A stretch of DNA of 64,000 bases from Cyanophora paradoxa CCMP329 (taxonomy: Eukaryota; Plantae; Glaucophyta). This document shows, piece by piece, positions 49,138 through 61,203 of this stretch. The notes beneath the pieces are model-generated. The model was given only the letters and a program-made list of their open reading frames with translations, was not told where the DNA came from and ran no database searches. A program made the position numbers and the translations under genes. Location: positions 62,001 through 126,000 of the forward strand of contig QPMI01000115.1 of the NCBI GenBank assembly GCA_004431415.1, given 5' to 3'. The number at the start of each line of letters is the position of its first letter. The stretch's first letter is position 1.

Positions 49138-52100
49138 TCAGCGCCAGCAGCAGCGGATGACGTCGGCCATGTCGCCGAGCACAGTGCCGCCGGCGAGGGG
49201 CCCGCGCCCGGAGCCTGCGCGAGGCGCGCCGGCGTCAGCGGGGCGGTCGCGGGGGGAGAGCGGCGCAGCCAGCCGGGCGGGCGGGCGGCCGCGCCCTCGG
49301 CTAGACGAAGGGGCAGAGGACGCCTCCGAACTTGCCATCGGCGAGGCCCGAGAGCGCCGTCCGCTCGACCTCCTCGGTGCACAGGTTCGCCGTCCGCCTG
49401 TCCACCGGTACCCCGCCGTCAGCCACGGATGGACGGGATGGATCGCAGGCGGGGCGGCTAGATGCGCCGAGGCGCTTTCGGATTGAGGGGTCAGAGGGGC
49501 GCACCGCGCGTCGGCGCAGTCGAAGACGACGCGCGCGGTGCACTCGACGAGAGGCGCGCTGACGGCCAGCCGCCCCGCGCCCTCCGCGCCCGCCCGCCAT
49601 CCCTCCTCCGACGCCAGCGCCTCCCGCAGAAGCCGCGAGTCCACTGGGCGAGAAGGAAGTAAGAAGAGCGACGAGAGATCGGACGAGGAGAACGAAGGGA
49701 TCGCTGTACCCATGACGGTCGCCAGGATGGCGTTCGATTTGTCCACGGCGGAGCGAAGGGAGGAGGCGCCTCGCATCTGGGTACTGCGTCGGCGGCATGC
49801 GAGGGGGGGGGGATCAGGGGTACGCGTGCACCCCCTCCTGGATGCTTCCGAGGCGCGCCTCCTGCGGGAAACGGACGCCGGCTCGGCGGGGGTACGCGGG
49901 CTTCGGGCGTGTTCAGGGGGGTACGCACGTCGAGGCGGGATACGATGTCTCCGAGGAGAGCTGCGAGGCGGCCCTCCTGCTCCCTAACCGCCCGGAGATC
50001 CTCCTGCGGGGGGTACAGGCGTCAGGGGCGGGGTACGCGTGGATTGGGCGCGGGAAGCAGGGGACTCGCCTCGTGGGAGCAGCAGGGGCGGTCAAGGGCG
50101 GGGGCGGGGCCGGCCGATGCGCCGGAGCCCCGGGGCGCGGCGGGGGACGGAGCGCCCTCGCTCCCGGCGTCCGACGCCGGAGGCGGGGAGCGGACACGGG
50201 CGGGGTCCGGCGTGCGCGCCGGGGCCGCCGAGGCGAGGGCCAGCTGCAGGGCCGGCGGGTCCTCGCCCCCTCCCAGCGCCGTCACAGTGAGCATCGGGCT
50301 CGGCGGCGCGGGGCTGCGGCCCCCCGGCGAGCGCAGGGATCCCGAGGAGCCGCCGTGTACCCCCAGGGTCTCCATGGAGGCGGGGCGGGCGGCGGCCGGC
50401 CGCAGGGGCGGACTGGCGGGATCCAGGTTCCCGGACGACGAGATCCGCCGGGGGACGGCGGGGGTACTGGTCCCCGATGCCTCCGAGGGGGTACGCATCC
50501 CCGCGATGCTCATGTCCGAGGGCGGGCCCGGCGCCGAGGGCGACGGCAGGACCGCCAGGCTCTGCGGGCGGGGGAAGCGGCGGGTCTGGGTACAGAACTC
50601 GGAGGGGAAGGGGGTTGATGGGTGGGGGGTACGCGCACGTGGGCGCGGAAGTCGCGCGGTCCTTCTCCGTCGATGATGTTCGCGAGGCTCTGCGGGGTAC
50701 GAGTTCGGCGCCGGGCAGCGGAACCGAAAAGGGCCTCGCGCGGGTTCGAACCCGGGAGCGCATGGCGACGGTGGCGTCCAGCGCGCTGATGGGGCGGATG
50801 ACGTTGCGGGGGTGTACCCCCCCGAAGGTGCACGAGGAGAGGCGCCGCTGGAGGACGACGAAGGGGGGAGGGGCGCCGCGCTGCGTGGGGGGCGCGGGGC
50901 CCGAGCTGCCGCCGGTGCTCCCGTCGTCCGAGGTGGAGGGGATGGAGGGCAGGGGGGGTAGGGGCGACGCGGATAGGTCGCCGGCGAGGCGGCGCCCGAG
51001 CGACAGGGCCGCCTCCTCGGCCGACGCCAGCTCCGACTGGGGGGTACGGGATCGGATCGCGCGTGGGAGACGACGGTGGGAGTGGGCAGATGGCAGGGGT
51101 ACGCACGTCTTCGGAGGCGATGGGGGAGAGGTTGACGGGGAGGGGATCGGATCGGAGGCTGTGGGGTACGGGAGTGTTAAAAGGGGTAGGGCGCAATGAA
51201 AGACTGTGGGGGATTGTTGGTTGCACCGCTCGAGTCGCGGGGAGGGGGGGACGTCGGGCTTCAGTGGGGGCTTGGAGGCCCGGGGGGGTACCGCTTCCCC
51301 TGTTGTGCACGGTCTCAGTGGCCTGGTACGGGATGGGGAGGGCGGAGGGCGGGTGACCTGTCAGCTGCTCGATCTTCCCCCGCAGCGCGGTGTTCTCGGC
51401 CTGGGGTGGATGGTCAGCAGCCAGTCGGCCGGTTCCAGGCGTGTTTCGAACAAGATCCAGGGCGGCTCCGCGAGGCGGGGCGAACCTTCAGGACGGCGAT
51501 GTCTCGCGAGGCGGCGGCGAGCAGCGCCCGCAGCTCCGCCGGGCTCATCTGAGGGCTCATATGAGCCGGGCGGGCGAGAGCGGCGGAGGCGGCGGGCGGG
51601 CGGGCGGAAGAGCGCACCTCCAGGTTGACGCGCGGCGAGTTGCGCATCTTCTTGGCGCGCTGCGGGGCCGGTGAGAGGAGCGGCCGGCGCGCGCCGCTCG
51701 GGGCGGGGCGGGGCGGGGCGGGCCTGGCCGAAGCGGAGCGTGGAGACCGTCTCGGCCTGGTAGGCGGCGGCCGGCGTGGCCGTCAGCACCAGCGCCGTCC
51801 GCGCGTTCCCCCCCAGCGACTCCTGCAGCAGCCTGCCGCCCCGGCGCGCGTCGGCGGCCGGCGGCGCGAGGGCGGCGCGGGGGCGCACCGCGTGAGCTTC
51901 GAGTCGCGGTACGGCACGTGCGTGCTCCGCCCGTCCGTCAGCGCGTTGATCACCATCCCCTGCGCCGCCCGCCGCCTCGGCCGCCGGCGGGGGCGGGGGC
52001 GGGGCGGGGGGGCGGGGCGGACGAGGGCGGAGAGGGACTTGTTGTTGATCTTGAGCTCCTCGAGCTGCTGGCCCTCGACGTCCGAGTCGCGGATCTTCTC

Positions 52101-53565
52101 GGAGCCGGCGAGGTCCACCAGGCACAGCTTCCCCGTCGTCGCCCGCCCGTCCCCCGCCGACTGCCGCTTCACCGTCACGATGAACACCGCGTGCGACCGG
52201 CTGCTCTCCGCGTTCGCCCGTGTCGCCGCCACCGCCCGCTGCGCGTTCCCCGCCTGCGCGCGCCCCTCAGCCCCGCCCCGCGCCCCGCCGCCCGCGCCGG
52301 GCGCCGCGGACCGCCAGCAGGTCCAGCATCTCGTCCGGGCTCGCCACGTACTGCGCCGTTGCGCCCCGACCCTGCCCCGCCCCGTCGGCCCCCGCCCCCC
52401 GCCCCGGACCCCGCCCCGCGCACCAGATCCCGTGCTCCTTGCTCTCGTGGATCGGCTGCGCCGGCGTCAGACGCAGCGGCGGCGGGGCGGGGCGGGCGGG
52501 GCGGGCGGGGCGCACGAGGTTCTCGCGCGAGCCGCTCGGGTCGAGCAGGTCGCGCACCTGCGCGCCCCGTCAGGCCCGCCGCCCGCCGCCCGTCCCGCCG
52601 GCCCCGCCCGCGCGCCCGCTCGAGGTAGATCTCCAGGTACGAGCACCGGATCGTGAACTCCGCGTCCGCCGCCGCCGCCGCGATCCCCACGAACAGGCTC
52701 TGCCCCCGCCCCTCAGCCGCCGCGCCGCCCGCGCCGCCCCGCCGGCCCCGCGCACCTCCGCCACCCGCGGGATCACGCCCCGCAGCCGCTCGTCGTCGAT
52801 CTCCCCCACCATCGTGTACGTCTTCCCCTGCCCCGCCCGTCAGGCGCGCCCGCCCGCCCCGGCCCAGGTATCTCCCGCGGGCCCGCACCGTGCCCGTCTG
52901 GCCGTACGAGAAGATCGTCCCTGCGCGCCGCCCGCGTCGGCCAGGCTCGCCGGCATTCGGACGGGGCGCGCGCGCGGGCCGCACCGTTGTAGCCCTGGAG
53001 CACCGCCTGCACGATCGGCTCCGCCGCGACTGTGTAGACCCGCTCCTACGCGGCGGCTCAGCGGCTGCGGCGCGGGCGGCCCGCGGGCGGCGCGCGCCTG
53101 CGTCGCGTCCATCGGGAGCACGGCGTCGAAGCCGAAGGACGGCGCCCCCGTCACGTGCACCGACCTCCCATCCGCGTCGTGCTCAAGACAGCTGGTGTAT
53201 CTGCGGTTGGGCGCTCAGCGACACGTGGATCGATTCAAATCCCACAGGCCCTGGATCGGTGCGCACCCGTTCTGTGTCTCGACCTGGGAGAAGGGCCTTA
53301 TTCGGAGCACAACCTTCACAGCGTCGTTTTGCTTGTGGCCGTGGTGGCTTGAATCGCCCACAGAGGCGCGGCTACCGCTATGCCTCGGCGAGCTGGCCCC
53401 GCTGTCGCTGTTCACAGGGGACGCGATGGACCTAGCGGAGTTGCCGCTTCCGGAATTTAAGGAGCTCACGCTCCCCGAGCGGCCCACCGCGGCGCTGTTC
53501 TGGGTGCGCGTAACGGGATTCGCCGGCTGCCTCCCGCGGCCGCGCGCCGCTCCCGTTGGCGGCAT
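49138..53565 (-). CDS. KHC: Kinesin-1 (heavy chain)-like motor protein, copy A, multi-exon
   Basis: VKVVLRIRPFS; GTIFSYGQTGT|GKTYTM; SYLEIYLE; NAESSRSHAVF; LVDLAGSEK; NKSLSAL|GMVINALTDGRSTHVPYRDSKLTR|LLQESLGGNART; ETVSTLRFGQ|RAKKMRN. 3' end approximate. Confidence 0.9.
51625..53177 (-). repeat. Left arm of a near-identical inverted repeat (kinesin motor exons + introns)
   Basis: Reverse complement of 54140-55702, including intron sequences. Confidence 0.95.
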
Positions 53566-53848
53566 CCTGCTGACAAGGCGAGGGGTGCTGCTGCGGCTGA
53601 GCTGGCCTCGATCAAGAGGGATTGATTGTTGGACGGGTACAGAAGCATTGAGGCTTCAGCAGCCAGCTCCGAGCGCAGCGGCTCATGATCAGAGGCTAAC
53701 CAAGGCGCCAGCGTTCGGCGCCCTTCCTGCTGCTACGCCAGGGCGATCGCCCGCGCAAGCGTTCCGAGGCTCCAATCGGCGCCTCGGCCATCCTGGTGAT
53801 CCTAGGAGTTCCCAGCGCCGCGCGAGCGCGTACGCAATCCCATCGAGC

Positions 53849-56800
53849 ATGCCGACTCCGGGGGAACGTAAAGCCGCGCTGGGCGCCCGCTCAGCCAGCT
53901 CGAAGAGCAACGCGTCGATCGACAGCACCTCCCGCAGCCAGCGGGCCCTCTCTCTGCCTACGAGCGCATCGATAGCAGACAATCCGAATGTGCGGGTGCT
54001 TTTGCGCGTTCGGCCCTTCTCGCCCGCCGAGGTTCAGAGCGGGTGAGCCGAAAAGCACAACCGCTCGTGCGAACTGCGCGGCCGGCCCTCCGAGCTCACC
54101 AATCCGATCGCGCGAAGGAGCTCCTCGTGCTTCGACTGCGACGCGGACGGGAGGACGGTGCACGTGACGGGGGCGCCGTCCTTCGGCTTCGACGCCGTGC
54201 TCCCGATGGACGCGACGCAGGCGCGCGCCGCCCGCGGGCCGCCCGCGCCGCAGCCGCTGAGCCGCCGCGTAGGAGCGGGTCTACACAGTCGCGGCGGAGC
54301 CGATCGTGCAGGCGGTGCTCCAGGGCTACAACGGTGCGGCCCGCGCGCGCGCGCCGGGTCCGAATGCCAGCGAGCCTGGCCGACGCGGGCGGCGCGCAGG
54401 GACGATCTTCTCGTACGGGCAGACGGGCACGGTGCGGGCAGGCCGGGGATACCTGCGCCGCGGCGGGCGGGCGCGTTTGACGGGCGGGGCAGGGGAAGAC
54501 GTACACGATGGTGGGGGAGATCGACGACGAGCGGCTGCGGGGCGTGATCCCGCGGGTGGCGGAGGTGCGCGGGGCCGGCGGGGCGGCGCGGGCGGCGCGG
54601 CGGCTGAGGGGCGGGGGCAGAGCCTGTTCGTGGGGATCGCGGCGGCGGCGGCGGACGCGGAGTTCACGATCCGGTGCTCGTACCTGGAGATCTACCTCGA
54701 GCGGGCGCGCGGGGCGGGGCCGGCGGGGCGGGCGGCGGGCGGCGGGCGGCGGGGCCTGACGGGGCGCGCAGGTGCGCGACCTGCTCGACCCGAGCGGCTC
54801 GCGCGAGAACCTCGTGCGCCCCGCCCCGCCCGCCCCGCCCCGCGCCGCCGCCGCGTCCAACGCCGGCGCAGCCGATCCACGAGAGCAAGGAGCACGGGAT
54901 CTGGTGCGCGGGGGGCGGGACACGGGACCGGGGTGGGGGCGGGGGCCGACGGGGCGGGGCAGGGTCGGGGGCGCGACGGCGCAGTACGTGGCGAGCCCGG
55001 ACGAGATGCTGGACCTGCTGGCGGTCCGCGGCGCCCGGCCCGCGAGGCGGGGCGCGGGGCGGTGCTGAGGGGCGCGCGCAGGCGGGGAACGCGCAGCGGG
55101 CGGTGGCGGCGACGCGGGCGAACGCGGAGAGCAGCCGGTCGCACGCGGTGTTCATCGTGACGGTGAAGCGGCAGTCGGCGGGGGACGGGCGGGCGACGAC
55201 GGGGAAGCTGTGCCTGGTGGACCTCGCCGGCTCCGAGAAGATCCGCGACTCGGACGTCGAGGGCCAGCAGCTCGAGGAGCTCAAGATCAACAACAAGTCC
55301 CTCTCCGCCCTCGTCCGCCCCCCCCGGCCCCGCCCGCGGCCCCTGCTGGGGGCCGAGGCGGCTGGCGGCGCAGGGTATGGTGATCAACGCGCTGACGGAC
55401 GGGCGGAGCACGCACGTGCCGTACCGCGACTCGAAGCTCACGCGGTGCGCCCGCGCGCCGCCCCCGCGCCGCCGGCACTGAAGCGCGCCGCGGCCGCAGG
55501 CTGCTGCAAGAGTCGCTGGGGGGGAACGCGCGGACGGCGCTGGTGCTGACGGCCACGCCGGCCGCCGCCTACCAGGCCGAGACGGTCTCCACGCTCCGCT
55601 TCGGCCAGGCCCGCCCCGCCCCGCCCCGAGCGGCGCGCGCCGGCCGCTCCTCTCACCCGCCCCGCAGCGCGCGAAGAAGATGCGCAACTCGCCGCGCGTC
55701 AACGCCGAGCAGAGCGCCGCCGAACTTCGGGTCCTCCTCGCAGGCGCCCGCAGCGACGTCGCGACTCTGAAGGTATATATCTCTTCCGCTGAAGTTTCAC
55801 TGAAAGATTTTCGAGTTGCGCACCCTGACGCGTCTCGCCCAGGCCGAGAATGCCGCCCTTCGAGCTAGGATCGAGCAGCTGACGGGTACGCCGATCCTCC
55901 CTTCCCGGACCTTCTGGTTCCCCTCTGATCGGGCCCCGTCGCAGGCGAGGCGCCCCCTCCGCCGCCGGCGGCGCCTTCCCTCCACCCCTCCGAGGACCTC
56001 GACGACGTACCCCCGCTCCGCTCCTCCCTCCCCTCCAGCTACTCGACCCTCTCCGAGGTCCGTGCCCTTGAGATGAATCTTCGGCTTTCGGATTCGAACC
56101 CGGAACCGCAGGCGCCAAGCGACGGGGACGCGCCCCGGGCTGACGACGAGGCGACGGCGCGGGCGCTCGCTGTGGGGCGGAGCCTCGCTGCGGATCTGTC
56201 CCCCGTACCCCCGCCCGTAGAGACCGGTACCCCCGCCGCCTCCCCGGGGCCCGAGGCCCCCCCCTCCCCCGAGGCCCCGTCGCCCTACCCCCCGGAGACT
56301 CCGACCCCGGCCCCAGCGGCCCCCCACCGGATCGTTTCCTTCAGGGGGGACGCCCCCCGCTCCTTCGCGGGCGTAGCCCCCCGCAACGTCGTACGCCCCA
56401 TCAGCGCCCTCGACGCGAGCGTCCGGCTCGCGAGCATCGCGTCCATCGCGCGGGTTCGAATCCCCGCGGGGTCCCTTATCCGCGTCCCCTGAATCTCGTA
56501 CCCCCCAGGGCGATTGCGTCGTGTGCGCCTGCGGGCGTAAGCTCGCCCTACCCCCCGGCACGCCCGCCGCGCCGGCGCCGGCGGCCCCGCCTTCCACCCC
56601 CGCCTCCGCCTCCGCCTCCGCCTCCGCTCTTAGCCGCCCGGCCTCCCTCGTGATCGACCCCGCCCCCTCCCCCCCCTCCTCCCTCTCCTCCCGCCGGCGC
56701 TCCCTCTCGCCCCCCCGCTCCCCCTGTATCGCCCGGGGCCCCTCCCCGGTCCACAAGCCCCTCCAGGGCGGCTCCACCCTACCCCCGCCCCGCTTCGTGC

Positions 56801-58350
56801 TGGGGGGTACCGACGGCGACGCCCTCGAGCGGGTCGGCGACTCGGTACTCGTCCCCGAGTCTCCCACCCATTGCCGGAGGGCCTTCCTCTCGAGCGCCGC
56901 CCGCGTCGCGTCCCCTTCCCCTACCCGCGCCCCCAAGGTAGCTCGTACCCCCATCACCTCGAGGTCCAGCTCATATGAGCGCGTCCCTTCCCCCTCCCCG
57001 GGTTCAAGGGCGACCTGCGGGCCGTCATGGAGCAGGAGCGGAAGCTCGCGGCGCTGCTCGACGGCTTCGTCGCGCGGTTGGACGTGCGCGTACCCCCCTC
57101 GTCCTCCTTCCCCCCCGCGCCCCGTGACCCGTACCCCCGGCGCGGCAGAGCGCGAGCATACGGAGGCTGCAGGCGACGGTCCGCGCTGCCGTTTGGCCTC
57201 CTTTGGTCTTAGGTTCTAGATCTTACAAGGAAATACTTCACGAGCGCTTTTATCATCTTAAAGGAAAAATCACTCGAATCTAATTCAAACTAATTCGAAC
57301 TTACAGGATTCCCACATCAGATGTCTAAATTAACTACTTGAACTAAAGCCCATTCCTCCGCCATCAGATGCGCGATGCGCCATTCCGGAGCATCGTCGAC
57401 AGGTCCAACGCCCTCCTCTCCGCCGTCATGGGTCCGCGCACCCCCCTTTTCCCCCTCTACCCCCTTTCACCCTCCAGCGCTCCGGATCCGCGAATCTACC
57501 CCCCATCTCCCCCCCCCCCCCCCTCCCCCCCCCTTCGACCCCATCCCGCCCCCCCGGCGGCGGCCTGCTGACGGGCGGGGCGGGGGCAGCGGAGTCGCGG
57601 GACATCGGGGAGCGGATGCGGGCCGAGGCCCGAGCCGCCGAGCCGCCAGCTGCAGCTCCAGGCGACCGCTCCCCCGGCCCGGGTACGGGTACTCCATCGC
57701 GATCGCCATCGCGGGTCCCGCCCCCTCTGCAGCAGCTGACCGCGGGACGCCCGCGGGCGGCCGGGGCGCAGGGGCGGCCTCGGCGGCCCGGCGGCCCCGG
57801 CGGCGGCCTCGGCGGCGCCGGCCCCGGCGCCGCTGCTGGTGTCGGAGCGGCTGATGGACGTCGCTGCCCGCCTTCTCTTCGACTGCGCCGACGCCCGGTG
57901 CGGCCCTCTAGATCTAGATCTATATCTCCGATCCAAGTCCTCAGTCCTAAGCTGCCCTACAATTCTGGCGGAGGCCTAAGCCTAATCTTAAGCTTACGTG
58001 TCCCGAATTCGAAGCACTGTTCTCAAGCCAATCTAATCTGCATCCAATTGCCACGCCTTTCCGTGCCGATTCATTCCGAAGCTTAGGAGGGCTCGATTTC
58101 GCATCTCTTCGAGTTCCAAAACAGTACTTAGATCCTCTCGAGCGTCTAAATTTGCATTCAACGCCACGCTATGGCCACGCCTTGCTTTTGTACATGTGTG
58201 TAGCCAGCTTGTAGCCTTAAGCTTGCTGCTGACATGCCGGCGGGGCCTCGCCGGGGCGCAGGCGGACGGTGAACGCGCACACGGAGGATGCGGTGCGGCG
58301 GACGGCCGAGAAGCTGGAGGCGTGGGAGGCCCAGCACAGGGCCCCCTGAG
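53849..58350 (+). CDS. KHC: Kinesin-1 (heavy chain)-like motor protein, copy B, multi-exon
   Basis: MPTPGERK..NVRVLLRVRPFS start at 53849; same motor motifs as copy A. Tail exons FRSIVDRSNALLSAVMG, ARLLFDCADA and RRTVNAHTED are homologous to copy A. 3' end approximate. Confidence 0.9.
54140..55702 (+). repeat. Right arm of the near-identical kinesin inverted repeat
   Basis: See left arm; about 960 bp spacer containing both 5' ends. Confidence 0.95.
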
Positions 58351-59151
58351 GGGAGCCTCGGAGGGCCGGGTGGGGTCATCGCTAGAGGCTAGCTCTAGCC
58401 TGTGAGATTCCTTTAGCTATACATGTGCATGCACCCTTCGATCATGATCATGATCATCATCTGATAATCATTACTAAATAAGCTTATCGGAGGGCCGGAA
58501 GGGGGGGGAGGAGGAGGGAGGGGGGGGGGGGGGGCGGGGAGGATCGCGCTCCGCGCACAGCGGCGCCCCGGCGGCCGATGCAACGCTAGCGGCCCATGGG
58601 CCAGCCTGGCCATATGGCGGCGGCGCGGTAGCTTCCCAGCAGGCCCTGAGGCCCAGGGGTGGCGGCTGCGCATGCAGCTCGACTGCAGTTCGCGATCGAC
58701 AAGTCTTGAAGCAGGAGAGGCTGCGGCCGAATCACTGAGTATGCGTACCGTAGTACTGCAGTCTGCAGCTGATGAGCACGACCGCCGCAGTGCACGCGCA
58801 GTCGACTGCAACTTAACTTGGGAATTCGAAGCTGCCGACGAAGGTGAAATTAGACTAGCTAGCAGCTGCAGCTGCAGCTCCCGAGCCCGTGCTTGCCCAG
58901 TTCGAATTCGGATGTGTGGTCTCAGAGTGTCCGATATAATTATCTCTGATCTCTGAATCTCTCTAGACTCTGAGATCTAGAAGGATTGTGAATTCGAAGT
59001 AATTATATAAACTTGAATTCGCAACGCAGGCGGCCACTACTAGGCTACCTCGACGAGCACATCAGCAGCTAGGAAGTAGCTAGCACTGCGGCGTGGCGTG
59101 TGACGGCGGTCGGACCAAGAGGGGACCAGATCGATATCACGGAACTCGGGC

Positions 59152-60690
59152 CTAGAAGCGGGTGGGGTAGCCGTAGGGGTTGGCGGCGGCGGCCGGGGCG
59201 GAGGAGCCGGCGACGGGGCCGCCGAGGAAGGCGTAGAGGGCGAACACGTCGGCGAGGATCTCGAGGACGAAGGAGGAGAGGAGGAAGCCCGGGGCGGAGA
59301 GGAGCGTTCCTCCGGCCTCGTGGCGGCGAACGTAGTCCCCGAAGACCCACGCCACCGCGACCTGGCGAGGGCGTGGGCGGGGAGGGGAGGGGAGGGGAGG
59401 GAGGGGGGTACGGGCGCACGACGGCGGCGATGAGGGTGACGAAGATGCGGCGGAGGGTCGCCTGGTCGGCGCGCCAGCACCCGGCGGCGAAGGCCGCGTT
59501 GAAGGCGAGGAAGACGGCGGCCGACAGGCGCTTGAACAGCACCGTGGGCTGCACCGAATTAGATCCCAGCGCAGATCTAATCTAAATCCAATCGCGGACG
59601 GACCGCGAACGTGTAGAGAGGCTCGGAGGGGGTACCGACGAAGGCGGGGGCGGCCCAGCGCATGAACTCGACCGGCCAGAGGATGCCGGCCACCATGACG
59701 AGCATCCACATGCCCGGCTTCACCATCAGGAACACGACCTGAGCCCCCGGCTCAGACTCACGTGATATCCAGAGAGACGGGAGGGGGGTACGGCGCACGG
59801 TGAAGAAGTCCCAGGGGCGCGGGGCGGGGGCCTGGGGCTGCACGGGGGCCTGCCCCGCCCAGTAGCGCCACCCGAAGAAGCCGGAGAGGAGCGAAGTGAC
59901 GACGTGGGCAGCGAGGAACAGAGCCGGCCCTGCGGGTTGCGGGCCGCGGGGTCAGGGGCGCCGGCGCCGGCGATCCGATGATCGCGGGTCGGAGAGTTCA
60001 AGCGCAGGCACCGAAGGCGAACGGCGGGTTGTACTTGGAGTGGAATGAGCCGAAGAAGATGATGATCATGAGGCCCGTTCCGGTGCAGACGCCGCCCAGA
60101 AGAATGCCCGCCGTCTGCAGCATGCGCAGCCGGGGGGCGCCGGCGCCGGCGCGGCGCCGCGACATCGGTCAGTACAAGTGCTGTCTCTGGGCAGGCTTAA
60201 GCGGCGGGCGGGACGGGCAAGCGGCTGGAGCGCACGCGGCCGTCGCCGGCGCTGACGGCGCGGCGAAGAGCGAAGTCGAAGAGGGCGGCGATGGCCACAA
60301 CTGCGCGCGCGGGAGGCGGCGTACGTGTCGATCGGCGGCCGGCGCCGGCGCCGGCGCGGCCGTGGGGGAGATCTAGAGGCCTAGGCGCAGCTATAGCTAT
60401 AGGCCTGGGCCTGGGCCTATGCGCCAGGGGGCCGATCGATATCGCGAACGCACGCCCGAGACCGTAGAGCTGGACGTGGAGCTCGTTCACTGCTCGGCCG
60501 CGCCCGGCAGTCAGTGGGAGGCCCGCGGCCATGAGGTCTCGAAAGCTTTAATACAAGCGGCGCCGGCTGCGGCTGCCGGGCGGTTGCAAGGGGCACGTAT
60601 ACGCCGCCGGGCCGCTCAGCGAGCTGTTTCGTGCTAAAGGCGAGGATCGGACGTCGACGCACGGGGATCGCCAAGGTAGGTCTTCTCATC
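59152..60690 (-). CDS. Multi-pass membrane protein of unknown function, multi-exon
   Basis: Hydrophobic exons VVAIAALFDFAL, GILLGGVCTGTGLMIIIFFGSF, VVFLMVKPGMWMLVMVAGILWP, LSAAVFLAFNAAF, FLLSSFVLEILADVFALYAFL; ends NPYGYPTRF* at 59152. Start uncertain. Confidence 0.65.
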
Positions 60691-61203
60691 GAAGCCACTC
60701 AAAAGGAAATTCTCGGCCCAGTAGGGCGCCAGGACGAACCACGCTCCCAGAGCATAGAACCTGCGATTTCGAAGTCGTACAGGTCAGCGGCGACCCGGCC
60801 CGGTCGGCGCTAGACTCTGAGAGACTGATCGGACTCGCGGCCGCGGAGGTTCCAGATAACCGTCGCGCCCGGCGGCCGATCCGGCTGCCTCGAAAGCGGC
60901 CCTAACGAACCCGATCGGGGCAAGAAACAGGAAGTAGACGTCGAAGAGAGCCATCGCTGAGGCCGATCAAAATTCTGATCAGGCTGTGGGGGTACAGCAC
61001 CGCTTTCAAAGTGGGTACAACGTGCGGCGTCACAACTTCCGAAAAGCTTGCGATTGCAGCACATCAAGCCACCGACGACGCCAGAAGAGCATATCGATAT
61101 CTAATCCGACTCATCGGGCGTCCCAACTGGCCCGCGCTCGGCCGCGGCCTCCCCGTGCAGGCGGGCAAATGCACGCGTAGCTTCTTGAAGCACATCCACA
61201 AGA

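Noticed and set aside
52220-54046. 608-aa + strand ORF and many other long Pro/Arg/Gly-rich ORFs
   Set aside because: Antisense or shadow frames of GC-rich spliced genes. Only the last ~65 codons of this ORF are the real first exon of kinesin B.
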